DNA from: Haliotis rubra
Taxonomy: Eukaryota
Length of the DNA stretch: 64,000 bases
Reading direction: 5' to 3'
NCBI RefSeq assembly: GCF_003918875.1
Contig: NW_025766925.1
Location: 434,001 to 498,000 of the forward strand
The position numbers and the translations under genes are program-made. Below, one piece after another: positions 13,105 through 26,328 of the stretch (positions are counted from its first letter, which is position 1; each line of letters starts with the position of its first letter). The notes under the pieces were generated by a model. That model worked only from the letters and a program-made list of their open reading frames with translations, made no database searches and was not told the DNA's origin.

Positions 13105-13981
13105 ATGCCGCGACTCAGGAACCAGGCGCTAGGAAGACTTGAAGCTGGCCACACTGCACAAGCCGTTGCCAATCACTTCCATGTCAACGTTCGGACCATC
13201 TACAGGCTGCAGCAACGTTTCCGGGACACCAACACCACAAGTGATCGCCCCCGTACTGGCAGACCTAGGGTGACCAGAAGACGACAAGACCACCATGTTG
13301 TGCAACAGCATGTACAGAATCCTTCATGCAGGCAACCAAAAAAGCACGACAGACAGTGGGAACACACGGAAGACCAATCAGTACTGATACAGTACGCCGA
13401 CGTCTTAACAGCGGGAACCTCCATTGCCGCAGACCTTACCGTGGACCTATCCTCACCCCTCGTCATCGGCGTGAACGTCTACAGTTTGCCCTACAACACC
13501 AAAACTGGCGATAAAGGCAATGGAGAACTGTTCTGTTCACAGATGAGAGTGGTACTGCGTACCAACTGCAGACGGCAGAACCAGAATATGGCGACGACGT
13601 GGCCAGCGTTACTCAGACCAATGTGTTATGGAAAGAGACTCATGGGAAGGTGCAAGCATCATGGTACGCCAGGCCTTTCTCAGAGTGTGGTTCCAGGTGC
13701 CAATGGCCTTCATCAATCGATTGGTGCACTCCATGCATAGACGCTGTGCTGCAGTTATTGCCGCTCGTGGTGGTCACACTAGATACCGAAGTCAAGGGTC
13801 TGAATGGACTGCAAACGTTCACGTAATGTCTTGGAATTGTGCTTAATAACTCATCGATGTGTCAAGATATTGTACACAAACAATGTTTTTGATCCTCTTA
13901 TTATGTCCATTTCTGTAATGATCTGATTACAGTGCCTATATAATTTTGAATTCGTACCGACGTTTTTTATGCTGCTGAGTA
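13105..13981 (+). mobile_element. Defective Tc1-family DNA transposon
   Basis: Paired-type HTH N-terminus (MPRL...GRPRVT), frameshifted continuation ISTDTVRRRL...W.TVLFTDES (first catalytic D), most of the DDE domain deleted, typical C-terminus LVHSMHRRCAAVIAARGGHTRY, right TIR-like end cgttttttatgctgctgagta-TA (13961-13983). Left TIR not identified. Confidence 0.9.
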
Positions 13982-14181
13982 TATGCTACATCTGACCACT
14001 TTCCAAATGGCATTGTGTGTTCAATTACTACATGTGCCCAATACATGTCGTATTGTCTTAGGGGTTCATTGAATAGACGCATTAGTGTTCTTATTCTAGT
14101 ATACAGTTATTGTGTTGTTTCTTAGGTATCTATATCTTCATCACAATCCATCTATGTCGCCCTTGTTTCATCAACGTAGGT

Positions 14182-16521
14182 AGTGTCTATTGTCATTGTG
14201 TTGTCATCGTCTCGAAATCAGCTTTCTCATCCACTTCCTCTCCAATATCACCATTTTCTCAATGCTAACTCTCATCCGTCTCCTCGTTGTGTTGTCAATA
14301 TCTGAGCTGGTTCATCAATATTATCATTATGTTTGCTAATCGTATTTTTCTGCATCCGACTCGTCAATGTGTTATCAGAATGTGCCAATATGTCTCGTCA
14401 ATGTCTTATCAAAATGTGAAAATATGTCTCGTCAATGTGTTATGAAAATGTGAAAATATGTCTCCACAATGTGTTATCAAAATGTGAAAATATGTCTCCA
14501 CAATGTGTTATCAAACTGTGAAAATATGTCTCCACAGTGTGTTATCAATATGTGAAAATATGTCTCCACAATGTGTTATCAAACTGTGAAAATATGTCTC
14601 CACAATGTGTTATCAAACTGTGAAAATATGTCTCCACAATGTGTTATCAAAATGTGAAAATATGTCTCCACAATGTGTTATCAAACTGTGAAAATATGTC
14701 TCCACAATGTGTTATCAAAATGTGAAAATATGTCTCGTCAATACTGTCATTTTGTGATCTGATCTCTATTGTCTATCCATCTCATCCCTGAGTTATTGGT
14801 ATTTACACTGTCTGTATCTATTATCTCACCAACAGCTTCATTGTGCTAACACCACCTCTAATCATCAGCATTGTTTCATCAGCTCTAGCCTCTGTAACAC
14901 TCAGCATCAATCAGTGAAAGGTTCATTCTAATCATGATTCGTTTATGTATGAAGTTATATGACGTGCAGGGAATTTTATGGTGGTTGTATCGCCCCTGTC
15001 TGACAGTCAACGCGGCGCATAAATTGCGGTGCTCACATCTCGGCCCTGAGGTTGTTGACCGTGCTCCTATCGTCATCAACACCAGGTGTCTTTATGACTC
15101 GACAGTTATAGGTGCCTGCTGCTGTCGGGTTTTACAGTCACAGTGTAGGGAGTGTCTATTGTCATTGTGTCGTCATCGTCTCGAAATCAGCTTTCTCATC
15201 CACTTCCTCTCATTGTCATCTATGTATGTGGTATTGTATAAGTATCATCATTTTCTCAATGCTAACTCTCATCCGTCACCTCGTTGTGTTGTCAATATCT
15301 GAGCTGGTTCATCAATATTATCATTATGTTTGCTAATCGTTTTTTCTGCATCTGACTCGTCAATGTGTTATCAAAATGTGACAATATGTCTCGTCAATGT
15401 CTTCTCACAATGTGCAAATATGTTTCCACAATGTGTTATCAATGTGAAAATATGTTTCCAAGTGTTATCAAAATGTGCAAATATGTTTCCACAGTGTGTT
15501 TTCAAACTGTGAAAATATGTCTCCACAATGTGTTATCAAACTGTGAAAATATGTTTCCACAATGTGTTTTCAAACTGTGAAAATATGTCTCGTCAGTGTG
15601 TTATCAAAATGTGAAAATATGTCTCCACAATGTGATATCAAACTGTGAAAATATGTCTCCACAATGTGTTATCAGAATGTGCAAATATGTCTCCACAATT
15701 TGTTATCAAAATGTGAAAATATGTCTCCACAATGTGTTATCAAAATGTGAAAATATGTCTCCACAATGTGTTATCAAACTGTGAAAATATGTCTCCACAA
15801 TGTGTTATCAGAATGTGACAATATGTCTCCACAATGTGTTATAAAAATGTGAAAATATGTCTCCACAATGTGTTATCAAAATGTGAAAATATGTCTCCAC
15901 AATGTGTTATCAAAATGTGAAAATATGTCTCCACAATGTGTTATCTAAATGTGCACAATGTCTTATATGTCTCCACAATGTGTTATCAAAATGTGAAAAT
16001 ATGTCTCCACAATGTGTTATCTAAATGTGAAAATATGTCTCCACAATGTGTTATCAAACTGTGAAAATATGTCTCCACAATGTGTTATCAAAATGTGCAA
16101 ATATGTCTCGTCAATACTGTCATTTTGTGATCTGATCTCTATTGTCTATCCATCTCATCCCTGAGTTATTGGTATTTACACTGTCTGTATCTATTATCTC
16201 ACCAACAGCTTCATTGTGCTAACACCACCTCTAATCATCAGCATTGTTTCATCAGCTCTAGCCTCTGTAACACTCAGCATCAATCAGTGAAAGGTTCGTT
16301 CTAATCATGATTCGTTTATGTATGAAGTTATATGACGTGCAGGGAATTTTATGGTGGTTGTATCGCCCCTGTCTGACAGTCAACGCGGCGCATAATTTGC
16401 GGTGCTCACATCTCGGCCCTGAGGTTGTTGACCGTGCTCCTATCGTCATCAACACCCCAGGTGTCTTTATGACTCGACAGTTATAGGTGCCTGCTGCTGT
16501 CGGGTTTTACAGTCACAGTGT
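14182..16521. repeat. Two-unit tandem duplication (14182-15150 and 15151-16521), each unit containing a 34-bp minisatellite array
   Basis: Unique flanks are repeated almost verbatim. Unit AATGTGTTATCAAAATGTGAAAATATGTCTCCAC occurs about 11 times at 14365-14741 and about 22 times at 15362-16113. Confidence 0.93.
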
Positions 16522-17478
16522 TTTCACTTGCAGTGTCTTATTATTACGGAAATAGTGGCTTTTATTTAAATAATCGAGCATGACCCTTTGTATCAAGATT
16601 TCAAAGAGTGTCATATGACTCTTGCTCAGAAGCAGTTCCATCACATTTAAGGGCACAGTAAAGCTTTTAGAAAGGTTTAGTTACCACCTTACTGACGAGA
16701 CCTAATTGATCTTAATTGGTCACACCAGTTGTCCCAATTTTGGCAGTGAGATACAACACCTGCATGGTCCAGTGCACAACAGACTGCCAAAAATGGGAAA
16801 TCACCGCAGACATGTTGAGGGCATTTCCAAATTTGAAGCATCAGTGACAACACGTTTGCCCGATACAATTTTATTTTGACTTGTACTAACCATTCTAATG
16901 GGGTTTTTCGGTGAACAATTGACTAGCCTTTGCATGTGTGTATGACGATGTCACCGGTGGGGCAGGATACGTGTGCAGCTTTTTGCGAACATCTGGTATC
17001 ATCATTATGGGATAGTAATTCATTCACATTTATCTTCATGATATGATCGGAATTGTACAATCGACTTTTAACACAGATATCTCGTGTACAGTGTACTAGC
17101 ATCTAGTAACCTGTAGGTCAGTATAACGTACACTGTACGTCCGAATATCTAGTTAGCTGTAGGTCTGTACCTAGTGTACAGTCGACCCAGTATCTAGTAA
17201 ACTGGATCTGTGTCTCATGCACAGCGTAACCAATAGCTAGTTAACTGAAGATCTGTAGTGTATCTAGTGTACAGTTGACCCAATATCAAGTAAACTGTAG
17301 GTTTGTATCAATTTATCAATCAAGTAAACTGTAGGTTTGTATCAATTTACAGTCGACTCATCATCTAGTAGATATTCCCATATCCACATTAGATGTGTAA
17401 TAAACATCGATATAGGTGGTATTCGTCATATCCGTAGCAGATTTGGCATGTGATAAAACTTCGCTATAATTGATATTA

Positions 17479-17837
17479 GGGCATCATTTTTGTATGTGTT
17501 TGACGTAGCCACCAAATTCTGAACATGGGTCGGTCGGTCGGGGAAAAATAAAAAAAAAAAAAAAAAAAAAAACTTAATTAAGACAAAATTATCCGAATAA
17601 TGTTCTTGATTCTCATTTATTGTAATTCTTATTACAATTTCTCGCAGCCATCTAATTTGTGGCAGCCATCTATTAAAACATTTTAGATAGATAAACATTA
17701 TATATGACGAGGCTGTACGTTTTAGGTTCGAGTCGGCGTGGTTGGAATGAAAAAAAAGTTTTTGGGGGGGGGTGTCGGCAATATAATTAGAAGGGTCGGT
17801 CGGGCGATGAGAAACACAAAAATTAAAAATGCTGCCC
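17479..17837. mobile_element. PIF/Harbinger-type (Tourist-like) MITE
   Basis: Termini GGGCATCATTTTT / AAAAATGCTGCCC (13-bp TIR, 1 mismatch) flanked by TTA at 17476-17478 and 17838-17840; non-coding interior. Confidence 0.8.
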
Positions 17838-18199
17838 TTAGGCATATCCGTAGTTTGTGTATACGGTCCTACAAGTGGTGTTACTCTTTAACCTACAACA
17901 TGGTGCGACCCACAGGTAAGGTCCAGGGTTGGGTGTAATGTTAAACTCCGTCCGATAATAAACGTCCCGTGGTTGTGTGGTTCACCGTGTACAGTGTATG
18001 TTACTAGCCTGTTTCTAGGGTAGGTAAAGTATATGATCCGACGGCGGTCAGAAAGTCGGGTATATCAGTCATACACAGCTAGATTGTATCTAGTACGTCA
18101 AGCTGAGCGAGATGTTAAGGTGATACTCTGTAATTAGTGTCCAATGCCAGGGGTGCGTGATTACTGAACCAACAAGTATATCACTCTGTACAGTGAGAC

Positions 18200-18465
18200 G
18201 TGTAGGGCACCCATATACCCGCTTCAGTCGGCGCAAGGACAGAGACCCACGCCCCTACCCGATCAAGATGGCGCAGGAACCCCCATACCCACTTCAGCTG
18301 TGGGGGACAGAGACCCAACCCCCATACCCGCTTCAGATTGCGCGGGGGACAAGGGCATCTACAATATTGCCCCTCCAGCTGGGGCGGGGGACAGGGAACC
18401 AACCTTCTCCCCTCCCACGCCATGCCCGCTTCCTTTACCGTGGGAACAGAGAACCAGCACCGCGC
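18200..18465. repeat. Degenerate GC-rich tandem repeat
   Basis: Recurring cccatacccgcttcag...gggacagaga units. Confidence 0.65.
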
Positions 18466-19066
18466 TCTTATTTCTATACACATTACAATCCAAATAAAGA
18501 ATACATCACAATGAAAAAGGTAGCTTTGATGGGAAATATGAACTGAAATCTATCAGATATTGTGATAGCAAGAGAAACCGACGCTATAAACAAATTCAAA
18601 ATATTGAAAATAAATGAGTAATCAAGTAACAGAAACAGTAACATTATTAATCAAGTTGTACAAAACGTTTTCGAAACTCTTTCAGGGTAAAGGATAAGTC
18701 TTTCTTCACATATAAGAAGTTCAACAGTTCTTTTTCTGGAAATGAGAATGCATCAGCTCTGGACAACCGATATGAAACAGTACAGAGGTAAAGTTAGGGC
18801 CAACAAGAGTCATCTTCCCAACAAAGAATCGACGCATTGGGATTTGTCATGGGCCTCTTTCTTTCTTTTTCGCTCTTTTTGTTGTTATGTTTTGTTTGTT
18901 GTTGTTTTGTTGTTTTTTGGAGGGGAGAAGGGGGATGGAGGATTTACTTGTTATCTGTTTTTAGTCTGCCTTGTCTATGTAATAGTTCAACTGGCCAGTG
19001 TTGTCACTTAGGAACGGGGCTTCAGAGGCTCTCGACAGGGAGAAGGGAACTCGATCCATTATTACT

Positions 19067-19098
<32 letters not shown>

Positions 19099-19790
19099 CG
19101 TTTATTTCGTAACAAGGCCTTAGGCCCACGTACAATACAAATAAACATGTGTCATTATAAGATAGTGGCATTTGACAATCATATGTATAAAGAACGCAAT
19201 GACAATGCTTCCTTAATGTAAGAAGAACAATTTGTTAGTGTTGAAAACTTGGTACAGGATAATGTGTTCAGATAGTATTGCTGATCTATGTAATTTGGTA
19301 ATGCTTTAAAATATACTCATGCCAATAATGGTTGTCACCTCCCCCCCCCACCCCAACACCCACACACCACACACCCACACCCTCTCCAATAAAAAATTTA
19401 AAGGGGGTGACAACCATTATTGGCATGAGTATACTTACAGCGCAAATCATGATAAACTTTACATTCAAATAGGAAATGAAATTCATTTTCTACAAAATTA
19501 ACATTACAAATATAACAAAGTCTTGGGTGCCTCTGAACTCCATCAAATCTACCGCTATTTTTATATGTTGGAAGTGCACCGATTCGTAACATTGTTATTC
19601 CACGCCTCGCATCTTTAGATTTCAATAACGTTAAATATGGTTCAATGCAAAATACACTTTTGATACTGGAATAGACATCAAGCGATGAACATTTGTGCAT
19701 TTCTGAAAATATGAATTGATTTTGACAATCACCAACTCTTACATGAAAATCTTTCAAAAACTGTTCCTCGTTGCCAACTCCTTGAAACTA
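19067..19790 (-). mobile_element. 5'-truncated LINE 3' end (ORF2 C-terminal Cys/His knuckle; probably RTEX-like), interrupted by a MITE
   Basis: RLCYICNVNFVENEFHFLFECKVYHDLR motif; stop at 19179-19181 after MITE removal; 3' UTR ggcc..ggcc hairpin, AATAAA and (TGAT)n tail at 19067-19098. Confidence 0.85.
19314..19431. mobile_element. Tc1/mariner-type MITE, copy 2
   Basis: Same TIR as 6733-6851; TA duplication supported by restoration of the host LINE reading frame. Confidence 0.93.
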
Positions 19791-21024
19791 AATTGATGAA
19801 TTACGTATTTCGCAGGACCCTTGGGATATATGAAAGATCTTTGTCAGCTCTACTGTCGTGAGGAAAAGGTTATTTCAAGCTAGTAATTGCCTCGAAAGGA
19901 CAGCTGCGACTGATCGTTTCACTTTCGGGTCACATTTCGTAAATACGTATTTAATAATTAATACATCAACTGTGTAATGACAAATAATAGTTTTCCATTA
20001 ATGGCGATACTGCTTTGGAAGTGGGGTTAAGATAACCTGGTTGCGAATGTTTTTAGCTGAGTAACGTTTTGACAATGATGTCATTCTTTGGTCAAATCCA
20101 ATTTTCAAGAGCGTACTTTCTGTTGTATCGCAGTTTGCATGGTGTACACACATCAACCTTTGACGCATTCCGTACTGTTAACGATAGTTTTAAAACGGTA
20201 TTATCAATATTCCATTGTTGATCGAAACAGCGATCTAAACTGTCAGCGCACTGAGTAATAGTGAAGGATGTATGTAACCGTTAATATGGCGTCAGGATAT
20301 CCCGTGATACAACATACATCACCTCACACTGAACACGCGACTTCACGAGAACATCGTGTTACGGTCTGTTACCAGAGCGATATTGACTGAAGCTCTCGTA
20401 CAATGTCCGTATGGGCCAGTCACTCGTGCGCTGGTGATTGTCAATACATTCAGATAAAATTAAATAATGAACTCATCTAAGATCATCAACATAAATATCG
20501 CATTTTACAATCCACAGGTTCAGGGTTAGGAAATAAATTCTTGAAACTTCAGATATATTTGTAAATATATTCTTATGGCATATATCAGAAAAAGCAAGAA
20601 TGATGATATCTGTTTCAGATTCCTTATGGTTTAAGCGACGTTTCACAGACACTTAGGCCAGTTTCATGCCGCCGCCAGAGGATATAGGGAATGCTTATAC
20701 TGTAGGTAACGATGCAACATCAAACGTTACCCTATTTTGTCTAGCCAAATTTCAAAGAATCTGTCGGTGTTGATTAAACACGCATGGTACATCTTAAATA
20801 ACTTTGTTGCGAGTTGAAGCGTAAAAAAACAAATAAATGATTACACAGTGTTAAATAGAAGCGGTGTCATGTGTAGTAATGTCTCCTCATTCTCTCGTTA
20901 AAGCACGGTCAATTACACTAAAGGTACAAAATAACCATCACAAATTCACAAGATTGATTTCAGATCGGCTTCCTTTGCATCAACCGGAGATCACGCGACA
21001 AATAAGTTCAATGTTTACTTAAGA

Positions 21025-21312
21025 TCACCTGTATAAGAACCAATGACAGCGTTAACAATGATACAACGATCGGGTCTTGCCCACAGGTAGGTATATCGGC
21101 GCTGCGTTGTAACAGGTGAAAAACCTTCTTAACTTGTGTCAACACGAGTCTGTGATGAGGTGTCAGGTGACTGACTACTCGTCATGGTCACGGTCACCTG
21201 TACAGGTGAACAGTCAACTCACCTGGCGGCATGCTTTTGAAGCCAGCGTCGAGGTTTGGGGGCACGCGAGCTGGGAAGCGAGAATAACTTTCGGGGAAAT
21301 TGTTACAGGTGA
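21025..21312. promoter_or_regulatory. Candidate enhancer: homotypic CAGGTGA E-box cluster
   Basis: Seven CAGGTGA/TCACCTG sites (E-box cores at 21026, 21113, 21164, 21195, 21203, 21220, 21306) in both orientations in non-tandem sequence. Confidence 0.45.
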
Positions 21313-21501
21313 ATGACCTTTGTATACTGGGCTTAGAAGTAAGTTCACAGTTGAAATAGCCCCTGTTGGTGCCTTTGTGAAAACGATGTGGCAAATAGAG
21401 AGGGGGGAGGTAGATGGAGACAAACAAACACAGAGAATGAGAGAGGAGAGATAGACAGAGGGAGAGAGGAGAAAGATAAATAGTGTGAGAGATGGCGAAG
21501 C

Positions 21502-21503
<2 letters not shown>

Positions 21504-21550
<47 letters not shown>
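21504..21550. repeat. (GA)n microsatellite
   Basis: Perfect GA run with a purine-rich left flank. Confidence 0.97.
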
Positions 21551-21554
<4 letters not shown>

Positions 21555-21977
21555 GAGGATAAAATAGACAGTGTGCTAGATTTTGGCTATTAGTCAATAC
21601 ACATCATATCATGATAACTGTTTGACAATGACTGAGATAATATAATTAAAACTGATATTTCATCAGCGTAACACTATACATGTATACGACTGTGATCTTT
21701 GACGTCATTGGTGTGTTTTTGAACTCATAGACGGAATCACTCGTATTGGACCACATCGTTTAAAGAAGGGCTGTGTATTTACAATAGGTTATTGCTCGTG
21801 TGGAGTTTTGGGTGCAGTTAATTGTCTTCAATTACGGGAGGGGCGAGAGTTTTGAGATACAGGTGCTGTAAGGAATCATGTTTTGAGATTTGAAAGTTTT
21901 GGGGATGGGGTGTGTACACGAGGTCTTCATATAACCCAGCTGCATTTACTGTGCCAACTTGGATCAGCTGTACATTC

Positions 21978-23040
21978 TGGTAGATACATTGGTTGTATCG
22001 TCCTGGATCAGGCGATAAGAGCCCATAACCCGCTGTTGTACCATGGTAGATACATTGGTTGCACCGTCTCGGAACAGGCGATAAGAGCCCATAGCCTGCT
22101 GTTGTACCATGGTAGATACATTGGTTGTACCGTCCTGGATCAGGCGATAGGTGCCCATTATAGCCCGCTGTTGTACCGTGGTAGATACCTTGGTTGCACC
22201 GTCTCGGAAAAGGCGATAGGTGTCAATAGCCCGCTGTTGTACCGTCTCGGAACAGGCGATAAGAGCCCATAGCCCGTTGTTGTACCGTGGTAGATACATT
22301 GGTTGCACCGTCTCGGAACAGGCGATAAGAGCCCATAGCCCGCTGTTGTACCGTGGTAGATACATTGGTTGCACCGTCCTGAACAGGCGATAAGAGCCCA
22401 TAGCCCGCTGTTGTACCGTGGTAGATACATTGGTTGTACCGTCTCGGAACAGGCGATAAGAGCCCATAGCCCGCTGTTGTACCGTGGTAGATACATTGGT
22501 TGTATCGTCTCGGAACAGGCGATAGGTGCCCATAGCCCGCTGTTACCGTGGTAGATACATTGGTTGTACCGAACAGGCGATAAGAGCCCATAGCCCGCTG
22601 TTGTACCGTGGTAGATACATTGGTTGTACCTTCTCGGAACAGGCGATAAGAGCCCATAGCCCGCTGTTGTACCGTGGTAGATACATTGGTTGTACCTTCT
22701 CGGAACAGGCGATAAGAGCCCATAGCCCGCTGTTGTACCGTGGTAGATACATTGGTTGTACCTTCCTCGGAACAGGCGATAAGAGCCCATAGCCCGCTGT
22801 TGTACCGTGGTAGATACATTGGTTGTACCTTCTCGGAACAGGCGATAAGAGCCCATAGCCCGCTGTTGTACCGTGGTAGATACATTGGTTGTACCGTCCT
22901 GGATCAGGCGATAAGAGCCCATAGCCCGCTGTTGTACCGTGGTAGATACGTTGGTTGCACCGTCTCGGAACAGGCGATAAGAGCCAATAGCCCGCTGTTG
23001 TACCGTGGTAGATACATTGGTTGCACCGTCTTGGATCAGA
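21978..23040. repeat. 66-bp minisatellite, about 16 copies
   Basis: Unit CCGTGGTAGATACATTGGTTGTACCGTCTCGGAACAGGCGATAAGAGCCCATAGCCCGCTGTTGTA; explains the 22-aa periodic ORFs on both strands. Confidence 0.96.
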
Positions 23041-24329
23041 TAGTAAGCCATCTCGCCGCCAAGACCGTGCCCATAGCCCCGGGAGACCGACCGACTCACT
23101 AATAAAGAAATGATCCAAAGGATAAAGCTTCACTGAAGTGGATATAAACTCCTGTTTATCTAGGATTGTGTTTCTAAAATAATGTTTTTACAAACAAACG
23201 CACCGCTGTGAATGTCCGCACCATTACTATAACCGCTGCTCAGATAGTGCTGGTTAGCGGGTATTGGTTTCCCTTTTGACAATTTCAGCTCTAGCGAAAT
23301 GATGAACTAATTTGCCATAATGAAGTTTTAACATGCGGTTTCGGGTATATTTTCATAGAATTATTATATTAGGAGATGATTGAGGATAATTTGCCTCGCC
23401 GTGGGATATTTCTTTTGAGGTTATTGGTGTTATTTAATAGAAAGTCTCCTTATTCTGGTATAAAGCGAATGCGGTAGATCGGAGCAATTATACAGAAGAC
23501 CCAGTGAGAACTGGATGGCCTTTCAATACTCTTCAAGCAGGTGGCAGAATTCATGCAGTCTTTCCTTTCATTGGTTAATTTATTCAGGTAAAACGATTTT
23601 ACAAATGACGCACATTGCGCAATTTATATAATAAACCCTTTCTTGCCTTGTTCATTATCTTCGTAGATGATTGCCTGAATTATTAGCAAATAATATTATG
23701 TTGGTAATGTTTGGGGAAAATGTTTAGAATTGTTTTAATTGGAAAATATCGGTCGATGACAATAAACGTATATGAATAGAGCACCGTTAAAGGCACCCCA
23801 ATGTGTGTGTTTGTGTGTGTTTGTGTGTGTCAACCAAAAAAACCTATAACGTATATTCTTCAATATTTCTCTACTGGGTAAACTAAAATACAATCATTGC
23901 TTTTACAGTTATGGAAATGAATTTGGGAATATATGTGACTGACATGATTCGTCCGAAACTATCATACACAGACCTGCATGCAACAAACCATTTCTATATT
24001 TACAAGAAATGTCAAATAAAACCGTAATCCGGTTTTATGATTCCGACTGTACCGTGTGCATGTGTGTATCAATCACAGTAACAAATGGTGATGATACATG
24101 TTGTTTGCGTACGCGTCACAAACACATGCAAAGGCAAGTCAAACAAAAACATCAAGAGAACACATGGTAACATTATTGAGTATGGTTCCAAGCAGATTAC
24201 CGAACTATAATGTTATGATTATTTATGATAGAAATGGGAAAAGGAATCGGGTCACAAACGTAAAAGAATTATTATTTTCTATTGGATTTGGTAATGCATG
24301 ATATGAAGAGCATATAGAAATCTCATTCA

Positions 24330-24866
24330 TTATTCCTGTTATCTGTTAAACAACGACTTAAAGATATGTACATCCATAACTGGAATGAAACTCACCTCTT
24401 TCTGGCAAATATTATTATTATAAAATGATAAAACAATCTATGCACAAAGAACAGTATCTGTCTCTGTTAAATTCGTAATCGGAATAAGCCTTGAGCAATT
24501 CCGCTGTTCATCTCATCTGGTAGGTATTTAGGCTTAATAAAAGAACATAGGATATGTAAAGAGTGTAATCTGAATGTAATTGAAGACGATATATCATTTT
24601 CTTTCTATATGTCCAGCCTATTATATGTTGAGAATTAAGTATATTAAGAGCTACTACTTTGTACATCCTGACATTAATGATTTCATATCACTTTTAAACA
24701 GTTCTAGTAAAGTACATTTGGAAAGATTATGTATGTATATCTACTACGCTACCACATACAGAAAAAAGTACAGTCTTATAAATTCTACTAACTGATGACT
24801 TGTTATTCACTGTATTTGTACTGTAGGCCTGTGGCCTCCTAAGTACGAAAATAAATAAAGTAAAGA
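24330..24866 (+). mobile_element. Degraded LINE 3' end, same type as 19067-19790
   Basis: Frameshifted RICKECNLNVIED..YHFLSICPAYYMLRIKYI motif, then tgtatttgtactgtaggcctgtggcc..aataaa 3' UTR like the other copy. Confidence 0.75.
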
Positions 24867-26043
24867 TTCTGTTTCATTGAGAACATTGAGGTGAGCAAGC
24901 ATGATGATCCCTGGCGTCTACGTGGTAACATCATACTTAATTGGTTCTCAAAAGGTTTAAAATGTTTGAACTATGCACCAGCGCTGCTGGAATATTGCTG
25001 GACATAAAGGGAAGTTTGATTATGGAAAGAAATCACTCTTGCCTTACATTTTGTGGCGAGTTTCTTTATATTAGTTGGCTGATATTTTCGTGTAGTAATG
25101 TTCCTAAACTAACTCCACAAGGGAAAGCCAAGAACTGACTCAACCACTGAAACTGTGAGCGAAATCGTCCACTTGCGTTTGTCGTTACGATTTAATATTT
25201 TCACCACTGGGCTTCCCTACCACCCCTCATCTGAACCAGTATGATCAGTGTCCTGTTACTCGTCAATACATTGTGGGGAAGCGTATCTCTGTTATGGGGT
25301 AAGAGAATGAGGCAATGAATGGCGCGCCACGTTCAAGAATAAGCCTACAGTTCCAGGTCCCGTGGAGGTGAAGGTCAAGCTGACCACATGGTTTATGCTA
25401 GTGTGAGGAATTTGGTAATACTTTGTAATACTTATCAATGTTGGGGATCCCAACAATGTCATTTCTAGGATTCCATCTAGGGTGCCTTTACGCGAACACC
25501 TGGTGTCATCGCTATTTGATAGTGATTCATAATCACATGCTCTGCCATGCTGTATCGCATGCTGGCAATCACTGCATTATCTGGTCCAGACTCGTTTGTT
25601 TACAAACAACATCGTACTGCTGTAACAAGTACATACTGTATAGTCAGAATTGTACGATCAACTCTGCTTTTAGCAGAGATTTCTTAAGGATACTGAAAGG
25701 GATTTGTCGCTTCTATATACACCAGATATCGGCCTCACACGTTCGTCCCAGAAAATAATTCTCTGGAATAACTTCAAAATGAAGCCAGTAAATACGCTAG
25801 GTTAAATTGATAGTTGTAAGTTGAAGAGGAAGACAAGAAGGAAGTACAGACAGTTGAAGAACGAACTCAAAATGAAATCTAAACTATAACCGTAAGTTAT
25901 ATGCATTTTGAGTACCCAGTTGATAGCAAGTTATAACGAACTCAAAATGATCACTTATCTAAGTTCGTCATAACCGTAGTTCGTTATATGCATTTTGAGT
26001 GAAACTGCACACGTGTCTGGGCCAAATATACAAAACGGTTCGT

Positions 26044-26328
26044 TATATTGGCAAGTTCGTGATAAGCGTATTTGTCATATTGGCCAGTTCGTGATAAGCG
26101 TATTTGTCATATTGGCCAGTTCGTGATAAGCGTATTTGTCATATTGGCCAGTTCGTGATGAGCGTATTTGTTATATTGGCCAGTTCGTGATAAGCGTATT
26201 TGTTATATTGGCCAGTTCGTGATAAGCGTATTTGTCATATTGGCCAGTCCGTGATAAGCGTATTTGTCATATTGGCCAGTCCGTGATAAGCGTATTTGTC
26301 ATATTGGCCAGTTCGTGATAAGCGTATT
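26044..26328. repeat. 32-bp minisatellite, about 9 copies
   Basis: Unit ATATTGGCCAGTTCGTGATAAGCGTATTTGTC. Its left flank (cagttgaa..cgaactc) resembles 53592-53610, so it may sit inside a MITE. Confidence 0.92.

Noticed and set aside
21883-23133. Overlapping 22-aa-periodic ORFs
   Set aside because: 66-bp minisatellite with frame-shifting indels.
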